DNA of 64,000 nucleotides, taken from positions 29,202,001 to 29,266,000 of the forward strand of contig CM097884.1 of NCBI GenBank assembly GCA_044892505.1, read 5' to 3'. Below, in pieces: positions 28,951-40,648 of the stretch. Made by a program: the position numbers and the translations under genes. A model generated the notes under the pieces. It saw only the letters and a list, made by a program, of their open reading frames with translations. It did no database searches and was not told the DNA's origin. This DNA comes from Schmidtea nova (taxonomy: Eukaryota). Every line of letters starts with the position of its first letter. Position 1 is the stretch's first letter.

Positions 28951-30677
28951 ACACTCCGGGGCCCGTTTAAATTGCGTCCCGCAATGTGATTAATTATACA
29001 ACATAAAATCTATTTCATCATTCTGTCATTACTCTTTACATTGAAGGAAAATAAATTAGATTACACCAATAAATATCAAAATTATAAGTATGCAAGAATC
29101 ATTCAAGGTGTTTGGTTTATACGTACAATCACAATAATTATTATTGTTTAATGCAACTGTTAGTTCATTTGTTGGATCCTTCGACTCGTTGTGGGTTTGT
29201 TTTTATCTAATGGGTTTATTTCGTTGATGGTTTCCAATTTCATATTTGATTTGATTCCTGAGTTAGGGTGGTATTGATTTTGGGTTTCTCCTTTCTCGGG
29301 TGTATCGAATTGTAGATTGACTTGAATGATTTCGGGGTTTTCTTTTTTCTTAGTCGGACGAATTGTTGGGTTGTTGATTGTATTCTCTTTAATGTTTTTG
29401 CTTGGAATGAAATCCTAGTGATTCGGGTGTAGATTAATAGTATGCTGAGGAGATGATTATGATGATGACGATGCTTCATCCTTTCGTTTGGCTTCTTTGG
29501 ATTTGATAGATCTTTTAATAGTCTCTTTGTTCTCCTTCGATAATCTTTAGGTTTCTTGAATTTGTAGGGGTTGGGTTTTATCGCCTTCGTTTGGGATTGA
29601 TCTCTCTTGGATCTTTGTCATTGATTCGGTAAGTCTTCGTTTGATTTGTGATTGCTCATTGGTTTCTTATTTTGATTGGGTTGAATTCGGTGTTTTTACT
29701 ATTAATTCTATTTTAAGGATTGTTGGGATAACGAGTTGATTCTCCTTGATTCTCTTTGATAAATATACCTTGCTACTTTGTACGTTCATTTACCATTACG
29801 GTTTTATTCACATAAGCAATTTTCCATTATTTTATACAGATGTTCCTGAACCCAGTCTTTCTCCCTGCATTCCTCTGTTAAAATTCACATTCTTGTTTTA
29901 TTTTCTCAAGGTGGTTAATTATTGCTTTCGTTCTTTCGTTCTTTGACGCATTTCTGTCTATTCTGACCCCATTTCCTGGCTGAAGCTTCTTGTCGATTCT
30001 TTCTTCTTTTTGTTTTCTTTTCTCAATTTTGTTTCTGTCATGTTCATCAGGTTCTTGTAAGTTTCGGTAATTTTCTGGTCTCTTGATGTACTCTTTCTGT
30101 CTTTCTTTATTTCTTTAAAGTTCTATAATATACATACCCCTCGATACCACGACTGTTCTTTTTACTTCGTATTGACTAGCGTTTCTTAATTCCTTTCATT
30201 TCTTTTCGTATCAAATTTCGTTTGCCTTCATTTTCAATTAGCTCAATTGATCCACCATTTCAAATACTTTCGTTTTGTCTGTCATATTGGTTTTTTGCTT
30301 TACTCTTATCGCGCCTGATGAGGTTTAATCTACCTTTGTATTCCGTTGTATTGATTCGTTTAATATAGTCTAATTTTAGGTTTTCTTTTCTAGATCTCTT
30401 TTCTGGCTCGATTTACCCATTTTCCTTTCTGATTTTCTTTGTCACCTTGTTTTTTTTTTTTTTTTTTTTTAAATTTTTGTTGTCTGGGTTTACAGTGAAC
30501 TAGCTTGATGACTTCTTGATTTTTTGCTTATTGATTTTTGAAATACATATACATCGGGTTTACATATATCTGTTTCATTACTGGCATTTAAATTTCTTTG
30601 ATTTCTACAAATAGTAATACCATATTGATACGTATACATTGAATTTGCTATTTACAATTTATCCACTTTATTTCTTT

Positions 30678-33372
30678 CTACACTTCCCTCTTCACTACCT
30701 CATTGTTTGCGGTGAGAGCTTTTACGGTTTCTACATTTTTTGCAATTTCGACGTAATCTGATGCCGACTCTTGATAGTTTCGATTTTCCTTCTCTTCTAA
30801 TCGAGTTATTACTGACATTAGTTGGTTTTGAGATCTGGTTATTATTTCCTTTTGTATAATAATTTCTTGTTGATAAATGAGAGCTAATCGCATCATATTA
30901 GTAAATTGTGTCTCTTGACTTTTATTTTCTTTCATCAAGATTTTTTGTATTCTACTGAGATTGTTTACTTGCTTTTCCAACATGTGGACTCTATTATTTT
31001 CCCATTTGTTTATGTTCCTCAACTGCTTTTGTTTTCCTTGATTTGCGTATTCCTTGTTGTTTTGATTAATTTTCGCCTGATTCCTTGCTATGGTACACTG
31101 GAATGCTAAATGTCCTCTTTGTCTGCATTGGTAACATATTTGTACATACTCATGAGTCACGTTGTTTCGTTTCTTCTTGTGATCGTTTTGAACAATTTGA
31201 TTTTCGTAATACCCTTCTACATGTTTGTTATTATTATTTATGAATTCGTATTGCTTCGTTTCTTTGGTTGTCTTTGACATAATTTTGTTACTGATTTTGT
31301 CCAGCTGATTTTGGTTTTCCTGTTGTTTCTTGCGATTCCGGCAATTTCTTGAAATGTGTCCTTTTTTCCCACAATTGTAATATCCTTGAATACCACAAAC
31401 TTTCTTTCCATGTCCTTTTCTTCCACATTTGGTACATATTTTGTTCTTGAAACAGCTGCTTTCTAAGTGTCCTTGTCTTTGGCAGCATTTACACCATTTG
31501 TCCTTTTTGTATAGATACTCTTCTTTTAGTTCTTGTTGGCCTTTCTTTTCCTTCTTTTCATTTTTGTTTCCTTCTGCGTTTCTGGTTTGTTCTTTTCTCT
31601 TTTCGACTTCTGTCATATCGTTTATTACTGACTGCTTGCTGTGTTTATTTCCCGTGACAAGTTGATCTATTGTTATCTTTCCCATTTCTTCGATTATTTC
31701 GCTTTCAATTATGGTTTTTCTGTCCTGTTCTGTTTGATTCCTAGTTTCTATTTGTCTTAGCATATTGATTCTTGGTTTATTCTTTTCTTTTTGTTTCCAT
31801 AATTCTTCTATCTTTTGTGCACTATTACGTCTATTCGCCATTTTCAACCTATCTGCTTTTAGTAGTTCTTCCTTTATCTTCCTGCAATGTTCCTCGTTGT
31901 CACAGGCCTGCAATCCTCCTAATTTACTCCATGTGAATTCTTCTTGACGGGCTTCTTTGATTGTTGGCTTTTGTAGTTCTGATTGGCAACTGGTCATCAT
32001 GTTGATTCTCCCTATTTTTCTTGCTAGTTCATTTCCATTTTCTTTGAATTTCGCGGTTTCGTCCTTTTCATTTGTGACTGTTATCTGTTTGCGTACTTCT
32101 TCAAATTGCTCCTTTCGTTCTTGGAATCTTCCTTGTAATATACGAGCTTCATCCGCATTTAGTTTGCTACCACGTTCTTCTCCTATTCTTGCTTCATCTA
32201 ATTGCAACTCTAGCCATTCTCGACGTTGTTTCTCTTGTGGTGTTTCTTCTGTTAGTGTTGGTTCGATGAATGTAAGTTTGTTGATTTTTGGTTGTTGCGT
32301 TATTCTTGTCCTCTTTTTGATCACCTCATTTAGTCTTAAGATTTCTTGCATTAGTCTTATTTCTCTGTCATTCGGGTTGTTACTCAGACTATTGTTTTGA
32401 TTATAGCTGTTTACTCCGTTTCCATTGGTCTGCTGGTTTCCTTGTAGATTATTTTTTTGTCCCACATTTTCGTGCTATATGTCCTAATTCGCCACAACTA
32501 TAGCATCCCCGTATTCCACATATTTTCTCAGAATGTCCCCACATCTTGCACTTCTCGCAAAATTGATTTTTATAACACTCACTACTCGAATGTCCGGATT
32601 TCCAACATTTTTGGCATTGTTTGGTGTTGTTCAAGGTGTTATTGTTTCTGGGGTTATTCTTGTTGTTGCCTCTATCGTCGTTATTTTCTTTCCTCGTTTG
32701 TCTGTTCCCAGTTCCTTGGTTTGATTTCTTTGGCTTAACTTGATTCCCTTCGTCTTCCGATTCGTTTGGTGTTACTGTTACGATTCTGATGTCGTTTACT
32801 CCTATGTGTAACTCATATCTATTTGCAATTTCTAGCGCATCGTCAATTGTTAGGCATCCTTTACATCCCACTTGAGCTCGAATATCTGGCCTTCTCAACC
32901 CTCGCACAAATATTGCGGTCATTAATTCTTCGTTTATAGGGTTTTCTCTGTTGAATGCTAGTTTGGATAATTTCCTTAGTTCGCATGCGTATACCGCATT
33001 TGACTCGTTCTTCCTCTGCCTTCTTGCTGAAAAATCATCGAATGCCTGGCTTAATACTTTGTTTATTCCGAATGTTTGTCGGAAGAATTCTTTTATTTCG
33101 TCCCAATTTTTAAATGGTTTGGTTCCTCCTTGGGCTTCTAGGTACAAGTCTAACGCACTGTCTCTAAGGTATAGTGGGATTCGACCGATTATTGTTTCTG
33201 GATCCCATCTATATACCTCGACGAATACACCAAATTCCTTTAAAAACGTTTCTAATCTACTAGCGTCTCCGTTGAATGGTTCGCCTTGAAATCTTTCTCG
33301 ATATTCTTTTCTCTTTTGTGCTATTGACGTTGCTGGTGTATCTGACTCATTTCCGTTTCTTTCGATATTCAT
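30678..33372 (-). pseudogene. Element A gag, frameshifted at ~32460, with a duplicated knuckle cluster
   Basis: 307-aa and 595-aa ORFs overlap at TGTGGGACAAAAAAAT; similar to B Gag (FQGEPFNG..LETFLKEF); one triple CCHC cluster, a second (partly degenerate) triple cluster and a further single knuckle. Confidence 0.9.
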
Positions 33373-33955
33373 TTTCCTGTTTCTTGTTTCCCTGTTTCTT
33401 GTTTCCCTATTTGTTGTTTTATTCTCCGTATACTTTTCTGGTTGTTCAATTTGTGCTTAGCTTTTCCTAGAGTTATCTTCGATGCTTGTTTTTGTTGTCT
33501 TAAAATAGAATTGGGTGTTTATTGTAATTTCTCTGTTTTCTTTGATGCTTGATTCACTGTTTGTATTCTGGGTGTATTTATCGTTTGTTATTTGATAGGG
33601 TCTTTTTATTGATACTGATCGTGCTCTTTTAATTTTTTTTTTCACTACGGATTTGTCTAATAATTGGTTAAATTTAGAACTGAGTCTGAATTTTTCTCTG
33701 TAAAGATTCTCAATGATGGCGAATTTCTTTCCTGATTTGGATTCCGATTTTGGTACGGTTACTCAATTTACCGTTGGCTTCTTTTTGACTTGGGTTTGTC
33801 CTCTTGAATTATGTTTTACTTGTTCTGTATCTGTAGCTTTCTGTTCGTTTGACTTGTTGGTTGTTGTTGACTTGAATTGGTTGCTTGGTTCGTTGTTTGA
33901 TTGAAATCTACAAAAAAAAACACTTTTAACCATTTGGGTGGCTGTCACCGCTCAC
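33373..33955 (-). pseudogene. In-frame N-terminal extension of A gag with two stops and a candidate 48-nt intron
   Basis: Same frame as gag with TAA (33457-33459) and TGA (33763-33765). Donor GG|GTGAGC at 33955; acceptor TTTTTTTTTGTAG|A at 33908. Confidence 0.5.
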
Positions 33956-34775
33956 CCAGTTCCTTCAAATAATTATTATTAAATAAATTCTGCTCTTTAG
34001 TTTTTTCGAATATTTATGGGTATTTTATGGCTCGGTTATCTTTCTCCCTTGATTTTAGTCTATTCTATCTGTATTGCAATATTAATTGTACTTTACCTCG
34101 TCGTAATTCATCTTAGACAATTAGTTTATTAACTTCATCACTTTGAACTTTTCAGTGTTTTGTTGCTTTTATTATTTTGGTAATTATGTTTCTTGACACT
34201 TAATTCTCTAAATCGATGTAATTCTTTTGAATTATTCTATATCCTTGCTTCTTGTGGTCTTTATGTCCTTTCTTATGATATCTCGAATTCTCTCATATTT
34301 AGTTGTTTTACTCTCGTCGTCTTCACTATTTTCTCTAGTCTATGATTCTTAGTTTATTTGTCTTAGGTTTTATTTCACACAATTATTATCTACTCGTTCC
34401 TACAACTTTTACTTGCTCGTACAGCTATGGTTTTAATTGTTTATAACACTTTTATTTTACTTGTTTATACCCCTTTTACTTGTTCGTTTTTTACTCCGTT
34501 CTATCCTTTGTTATTTTACTTTAACTATGTATGCTGGTTTTTTTAGTCAGTATTTAGACTACATCATCAGCTTGTCTCTCGTATCCTTTTAATCCTCTGA
34601 TGCGCACCTTTTAACTCTATGAAACTCTAATCGTCGACGACTTTATTTTCCTCAATCGCTATTACTATTTCTACTATCCGGATAGTTTTTAATATGACTC
34701 TCTTTAATCTAATAATTTCTAAAATAAACCCTTAACCTCTTTCAAATTATTTTATGCCCCTTTTAATATATTGAC

Positions 34776-35820
34776 GGCTATATGTCTCTTGGCCTCAATT
34801 TTATTTTATGTCCCTTTTAATATATTCATGGCTCTATATGTCCCTTGGCCTCAATTTTATTTTATGTCCCTTTTAATATATTCATGGCTCTATATGTTCC
34901 TTGGCCTCAATTTTATTTTATGTCCCTTTTAATATATTCATGGCTTTATATGTCCCTTGGCCTCAATTTTATTTTATGTCCCTTTTAATATATTCATGGC
35001 TCTATATGTCCCTTGGCCTCAATTTTATTTTATGTCCCTTTTAATATATTCATGGCTCTATATGTCCCTTGGCCTCAATTTTATTTTATGTCCCTTTTAA
35101 TATATTCATGGCTCTATATGTCCCTTGGCCTCAATTTTATTTTATGTCCCTTTTAATATATTCATGGCTCTATATGTCCCTTGGCCTCAATTTTATTTTA
35201 TGTCCCTTTTAATATATTCATGGCTCTATCTGTCCCTTGGCCTCAATTTTATTTTATGTCCCTTTTAATATATTCATGGCTCTATATGTCCCTTGGCCTC
35301 AATTTTATTTTATGTCCCTTTTAATATATTCATGGCTCTATATGTCCCTTGGCCTCAATTTTATTTTATGTCCCTTTTAATATATTCATGGCTCTATATG
35401 TCCTTTGGCCTCAATTTTATTTTATGTCCCTTTTAATATATTCATGGCTCTATATGTCCCTTGGCCTCAATTTTATTTTATTTCCCTTTTAATATATTCA
35501 TGGCTCTATATGTCCCTTGGCCTCAATTTTATTTTATGTCCCTTTTAATATATTCATGGCTCTATATGTCCCTTGGCCTCAATTTTATTTTATGTCCCTT
35601 TTAATATATTCATGGCTCTATATGTCTCTTGGCCTCAATTTTATTTTATGTCCCTTTTAATATATTCATGGCTCTATATGTCCTTTGGCCTCAATTTTAT
35701 TTTATGTCCCTTTTAATATATTCATGGCTCTATCTGTCCCTTGGCCTCAATTTTATTTTATGTCCCTTTTAATATATTCATGGCTCTATATGTCCCTTGG
35801 CCTCAATTTTATTTTATGTT
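34776..35820. repeat. Tandem array in A's leader, 56-nt unit, about 18-19 copies
   Basis: Unit ttttattttatgtcccttttaatatattcatggctctatatgtcccttggcctcaa, with an internal repeat tatgtccctt. Confidence 0.97.
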
Positions 35821-37699
35821 TCTCACATGGCACACTGGCCCTATTTATCCTATTCTGAGTTGATTTTCCATTTATCTTATTCTAGACCGGTCTATTTATG
35901 GCCGTTAATTATCGGCAATTATATTTACTAATCTCAGTTGATTAATTCCTACTACCTCTATTCATTCTAACTTCTACAACGTCGTTTTATTCTGATTTTT
36001 CGGTATTCTCGTTTTTATGCTATCGTCTTTTATCGTTACTTAATTGTTATTCATGCTAGCTAGCTTTTATTTCACTTTCCTTATTCGCTATATTTACCTG
36101 GTTCGTTTCAATTGTTACTTTTCCCTTGTTTTCTTGGTTCTGACAGCGCTGTTTCTACTATGTTTCAAATTCTCGTGATGTTTTATTAGTTTAATTTTAT
36201 TCCTTGTAAGCTTACAGATTTTCTCTCTTGCTTCTATGATTTAACTATTCACGGTGTATTTTTATATTACCTATTTTTATTGCGCACTTTTTATAATTTA
36301 TATTCGTTATGGGATTTCCTTCACTTCCTGACTCCAGATAAGAGACAATCGCACTAGTCCATTCCAGAATCGTATGGTGATCAGTCACACGCAAGAATTT
36401 TCCAGCCTCTGCGATGGTACCCAGTCTCTCATCCTTCATCGAGGATGATCGGTAATTTCCAAATTATTATATCGTACTACCTTTGTGGTAGCTCAAAAAT
36501 TCGTTTTACTATTACCTAACAAGCTATTCAACATACACTAAATTGAAAATAATTGGTTCTATTCGAATGATTTGGTTCTAAATCTTTTCCTTTTTAATTT
36601 ACCCATCTTTTAGTTTGATTTCCCTACCAGCCAGTCTTTATTCGGTTACTTTGTGATCTACTATCGTCTATCTTAATTTTGTTATCCCTTTTTTTAACTT
36701 ATTTTGTCTCTACCCAGTTATTTCTGGATTCTGTTTTGAGTTTAGCTCATTTTTTTTTAATTGTCCTTTTACACGATTTTACTTTTGCTTCCGTTCATTT
36801 CGTTTAATTTTTATTATTTGTCTCTGTTCGTAATGTTTACTGTTGTTTGTTTCCCCCGATTCCCCGGTCTTACTTTATTAGACCTGCTTTTCTTTCTCGT
36901 CGAATTTATCTTTCAAGTAGGCATGTCATCCGTTTTTTATAGTTTTAATTTCCGGTTAGCGTTTTCTTTTAATATTTTCTGTGCTGTTCTCTCCGCGGTT
37001 TCCTCCAAATGTCGTCCTCGACATAATGTTCGTTTTGTATTTGTTAACGTCATATATGTTGTTTGCAATTTATCTTTGATCTTGACTTTTTCTCTTTGAG
37101 TAACGTAGTTCTCGTCCGATAAGTTTTCAGCTTGTGTATTTTCCCTGGTTATTTACTACTTTTAGAGCTTTTACTTTAGCTTGGTTCGACTTTACCTCTT
37201 GATTTACTACTAACTTCCTTATAACTTTCATATTTTTCGCAAACAAACGTCTTTATCCATTTACATTAGTTGTTTTTATATTTACTTTACTTTTGGCTTT
37301 ATATCGGTTATTTCTTTCATTTTATTCAATCATACTTCCTTTCCCACCTTTCTCTATTCAAACGTTCCTCTATGCGAATCTTTCAACAAATTCTAAGCAC
37401 TTATCCTTTATTCACTCACATTTTTCTATCTGTTAATGGTTTTTATCACAAAAGCCAGATCAAAACATAATACTTTGCACTAATTGCATTCCATTTGCTG
37501 ATTTCGACATAATTTCTGTAACGACGCTGTATTTCTTTTTCCAATATTTGCTCTAGCAACTACAAAATTTGATTTATTCCTTGTTTTTCGTTTCATTATA
37601 GCTTTGAACGTTAATCATTGTCTTTCCGCTTAAATTTTCGGCGGGTCCTATTCATTCTAACAAGATGAGTATTTTCCGTTTTCGGGCATTATTCATTGT

Positions 37700-38230
37700 T
37701 AGTCAATGCATATTTTCAATTTTGACGTTAATTACTGCAATATTTCCTATATTTCCGATTTTGATTTTTTTTTTCACTGTACTGCAACACATTCTTTTTA
37801 TTTTGATGTTGTTCACTGAAATATTACATATCTTATCGCTTTTGATATTATTCACTGATATGTCACGTATCTTTTCGATTTCGATGATATTCATTGACAC
37901 GCAATATACATTTTCGCCTTTGGTGTTATTTGTTGAAGCTCCTCATTAAATTTCGATTTTATTGGTTGATATACAATCCTTTTCCAACTTTTGATGTTAA
38001 TCACTGAAATATGTTCGTTCTCATTACTTTCGATGCAGTACAATTTTGTTTCGTCAGTTTTGATGTTATTCACAGTCATATTATGCATTTTAAATATTTT
38101 AATATTATTCATTGTCATATCACAAATTTTACCTATTTTTATGTTATTCATCGTCATATCAACTATTTTATCTATTTTGATGTTAATCATTGTACTACTA
38201 TTTATTTTACAGAATTTGCTGTTATTCACT
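37700..38230 (-). repeat. Degenerate 39-nt (13-aa) coding-like repeat
   Basis: Repeats of NNIKIxKIxDMTV across two frameshifted ORFs (37703-37900, 37891-38229). Confidence 0.65.
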
Positions 38231-38620
38231 GCAATCTAACCATCCGTTTTTAGGTATAATTTAATGTCTGCTTGTTCTACCATTAATTCATTGTAACACG
38301 AATCATCCTACTAAATTCAACGACATTCATACCATACAGCTCTTAATATTTGTTTTGTACTGTAATTTACTGTTAACTTATTCAACTATCAATCTGAATG
38401 CTATTCATTATCCTTACAATGTTATTACTTGCCTAGTCACTCCCCATCAACTATTGCTTCGCTTTCCTTAATATAATCACTTTCATCTCGCGGGAGAACG
38501 CACTCTTTTTCATTTTATTTTTATTTTTACACATAAAAATTGCTATCAATTCCGGCTAATTATGCACGACAAAACTCTTTCTTTATGTTTGTTTTTCACT
38601 TTCCCCATAAAACTACTTTC

Positions 38621-38638
38621 ATCCCGGCTGAGCCCCCA
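38621..38638 (-). promoter_or_regulatory. Primer-binding site of A (tRNA-Pro)
   Basis: TGGGGGCTCAGCCGGGAT, differing at two positions from the classic tRNA-Pro PBS TGGGGGCTCGTCCGGGAT. Confidence 0.9.
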
Positions 38639-38644
38639 AATTTA

Positions 38645-40385
38645 TGCTGGGTTTATGGGTGGGTTTTAAATAATTAATAATAAATAAATAAATAATAATC
38701 AAACAAATAATCATAACTAAGTATACTTGGGATGCCTCACCCATAACCATACATAAAAAACAAATCGTCTCACTCGCACGCCCCTAACTATTCCCTATCT
38801 AGTTAGGTTGGAACTGCGCGCGGTGGTTGAAAAATGATGGGCAGGTGAGCTCCATCGCTGGAACTACTCCCCATTTATTTTCACGGGTTCCCGCTGCCGC
38901 TAGAAGGTCTTACGCGTTATTCTCTCAATGTCTACGCTCAAATTCCTTTAAAAAAATTAACAAACGTCTTTTAAATAGAGATTTTATTTAGCTGCAAACT
39001 CCTTACGCTATATAAAACCCAAAATAATGCGCTGCACCTTAAAATTATATTTATTTATAAAAACTCTCGAAAATTTCCTTTACTCAAAATCACCGCTATG
39101 TCGTTGCATTGTTATGCGTAACAAAATCTATTGATCAAGTTCGTCTTGCTAACATTTTAATTCTGAAATTAAATCACTACATAAGATATAAAATTCCTGT
39201 AAAGCTCCAAAATTATCGCTGAAAAATGCGCAAACCTCAAAACCTATCGTTCAACACTCAAAAATCCTATCATTATATGAAACCCTCAAAATCTATCGCA
39301 ATTTCCAAAACTATTCTCTATGTGCAACCATTCATTATGTGCAAAGTTCACTAAACTCAAAAATATCCGAAAAAATCCCAGATACATAAATTATAAAAAG
39401 GTACAACCGCCGTGTGAAGCGACGAGGCTCCACGATGACGACTATGTCTCCCTCGCCGCGTTAGCAGCCTAGGAAGCATAACTATGTAAATATTTTATAT
39501 AATAACTACAATAATACTCATCATCGAATATTTATTTTCGGAAAAATTAGCCTCAAAACTTTACTAGGACCACTACTTAACAAATTAACCAACACATCTC
39601 ACACAAAAATATTCAAATAACACAAAAATACCCGTTCGAAATCGATCCACACGACTGGCGAAATCAAAACCAAAATTTTGCTCTCAGTAAATTAATGCCA
39701 AGTAAGTTTAGATTGTGATTTTTCAGCGTCTATTTATACTAATTTTACTGACGCTTAGATATTTTGTTATTAACATAATTTATTAACAATTTAAACTTAC
39801 TTATTAGTTTTAATAAGTGAGCATTTATTTATCTTTCATAAATTTAACTTTATAATTTGATTTATTTATTTCGAAAATATTTGTTTTTAATTCTATTAAA
39901 TTAGGTGTGTATCCATTGTTTTATTGTGCATTTATTGATTAAAACAATTTATTTTTAAATCTATTATCATTCCTATCTCTCTTAATTTTTGCGATATTTC
40001 AATAGGGATTTATTCTATAATTTTTAATAAATTATTTTCTTTATTCTGATACTGATTTTATTCTTTGATCATGCTTTTCATAATCACTTTACAAGCACTG
40101 ATCTTCCCCATTCAATTCTCATGCGGTCTTTCGTGTGTAAATCTGACCTGCACTCAAATTGTGTGCTCTCCTTTGAGATGCATCTTTTTATCGCTTTAAC
40201 CCTATCTCGACAGACTTATAAGATGCAGTTCGTAAGACTACTATTGTACTTAACTGTTTTTATTTTCCCTTGCGTTATTTTACTGCTTAACGTCTTGTCG
40301 TTCGTTTCTTTTTGTTTCTCTTTGTATGTATTTATTTTTTAATAAATTTTAATAAAATTTTATTTTTGATTTCACCAGCCCAACA
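38645..40385 (-). repeat. 5' LTR of element A
   Basis: Direct copy of 27210-28950, followed by TAAATT and the PBS. Confidence 0.95.
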
Positions 40386-40620
40386 ATGGTATAAAATAAA
40401 TATTGTCATAATAATAATAATAGTAATATTAATAATCAAGCATAAATTTTTTCCATTTTCGTCGAAAATACTCAAATGATTATTGATTTTTATAAAACTT
40501 TTACCAAATCTCGTTTTTCTTTAAAACACTTCTATCTTTCCAACGCAAAAACATTAACAAACTCCCACGTAAAGCCATTTTCATTGAATTTCGCTTCAAA
40601 CAAAACAACTAGATGAGATG

Positions 40621-40638
40621 ATCCCGGCTGAGCCCCCA
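40621..40638 (-). promoter_or_regulatory. Primer-binding site of B (tRNA-Pro)
   Basis: The identical 18-mer TGGGGGCTCAGCCGGGAT, 10 nt from the LTR end. Confidence 0.9.
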
Positions 40639-40648
40639 AATTTTTATA

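Larger units (their letters stand above)
27210..40385 (-). mobile_element. Element A: non-autonomous gag-only LTR element nested in B's leader
   Basis: 1741-bp LTRs (27210-28950, 38645-40385), near-identical (only two 1-nt indels seen); TSD ATGG (27206-27209, 40386-40389); PBS at 38621-38638; gag present, no PR/RT/IN. Confidence 0.95.

Noticed and set aside
38621-38638. tRNA gene
   Set aside because: Only the 18-nt complement of a tRNA 3' end including CCA, i.e. a PBS.
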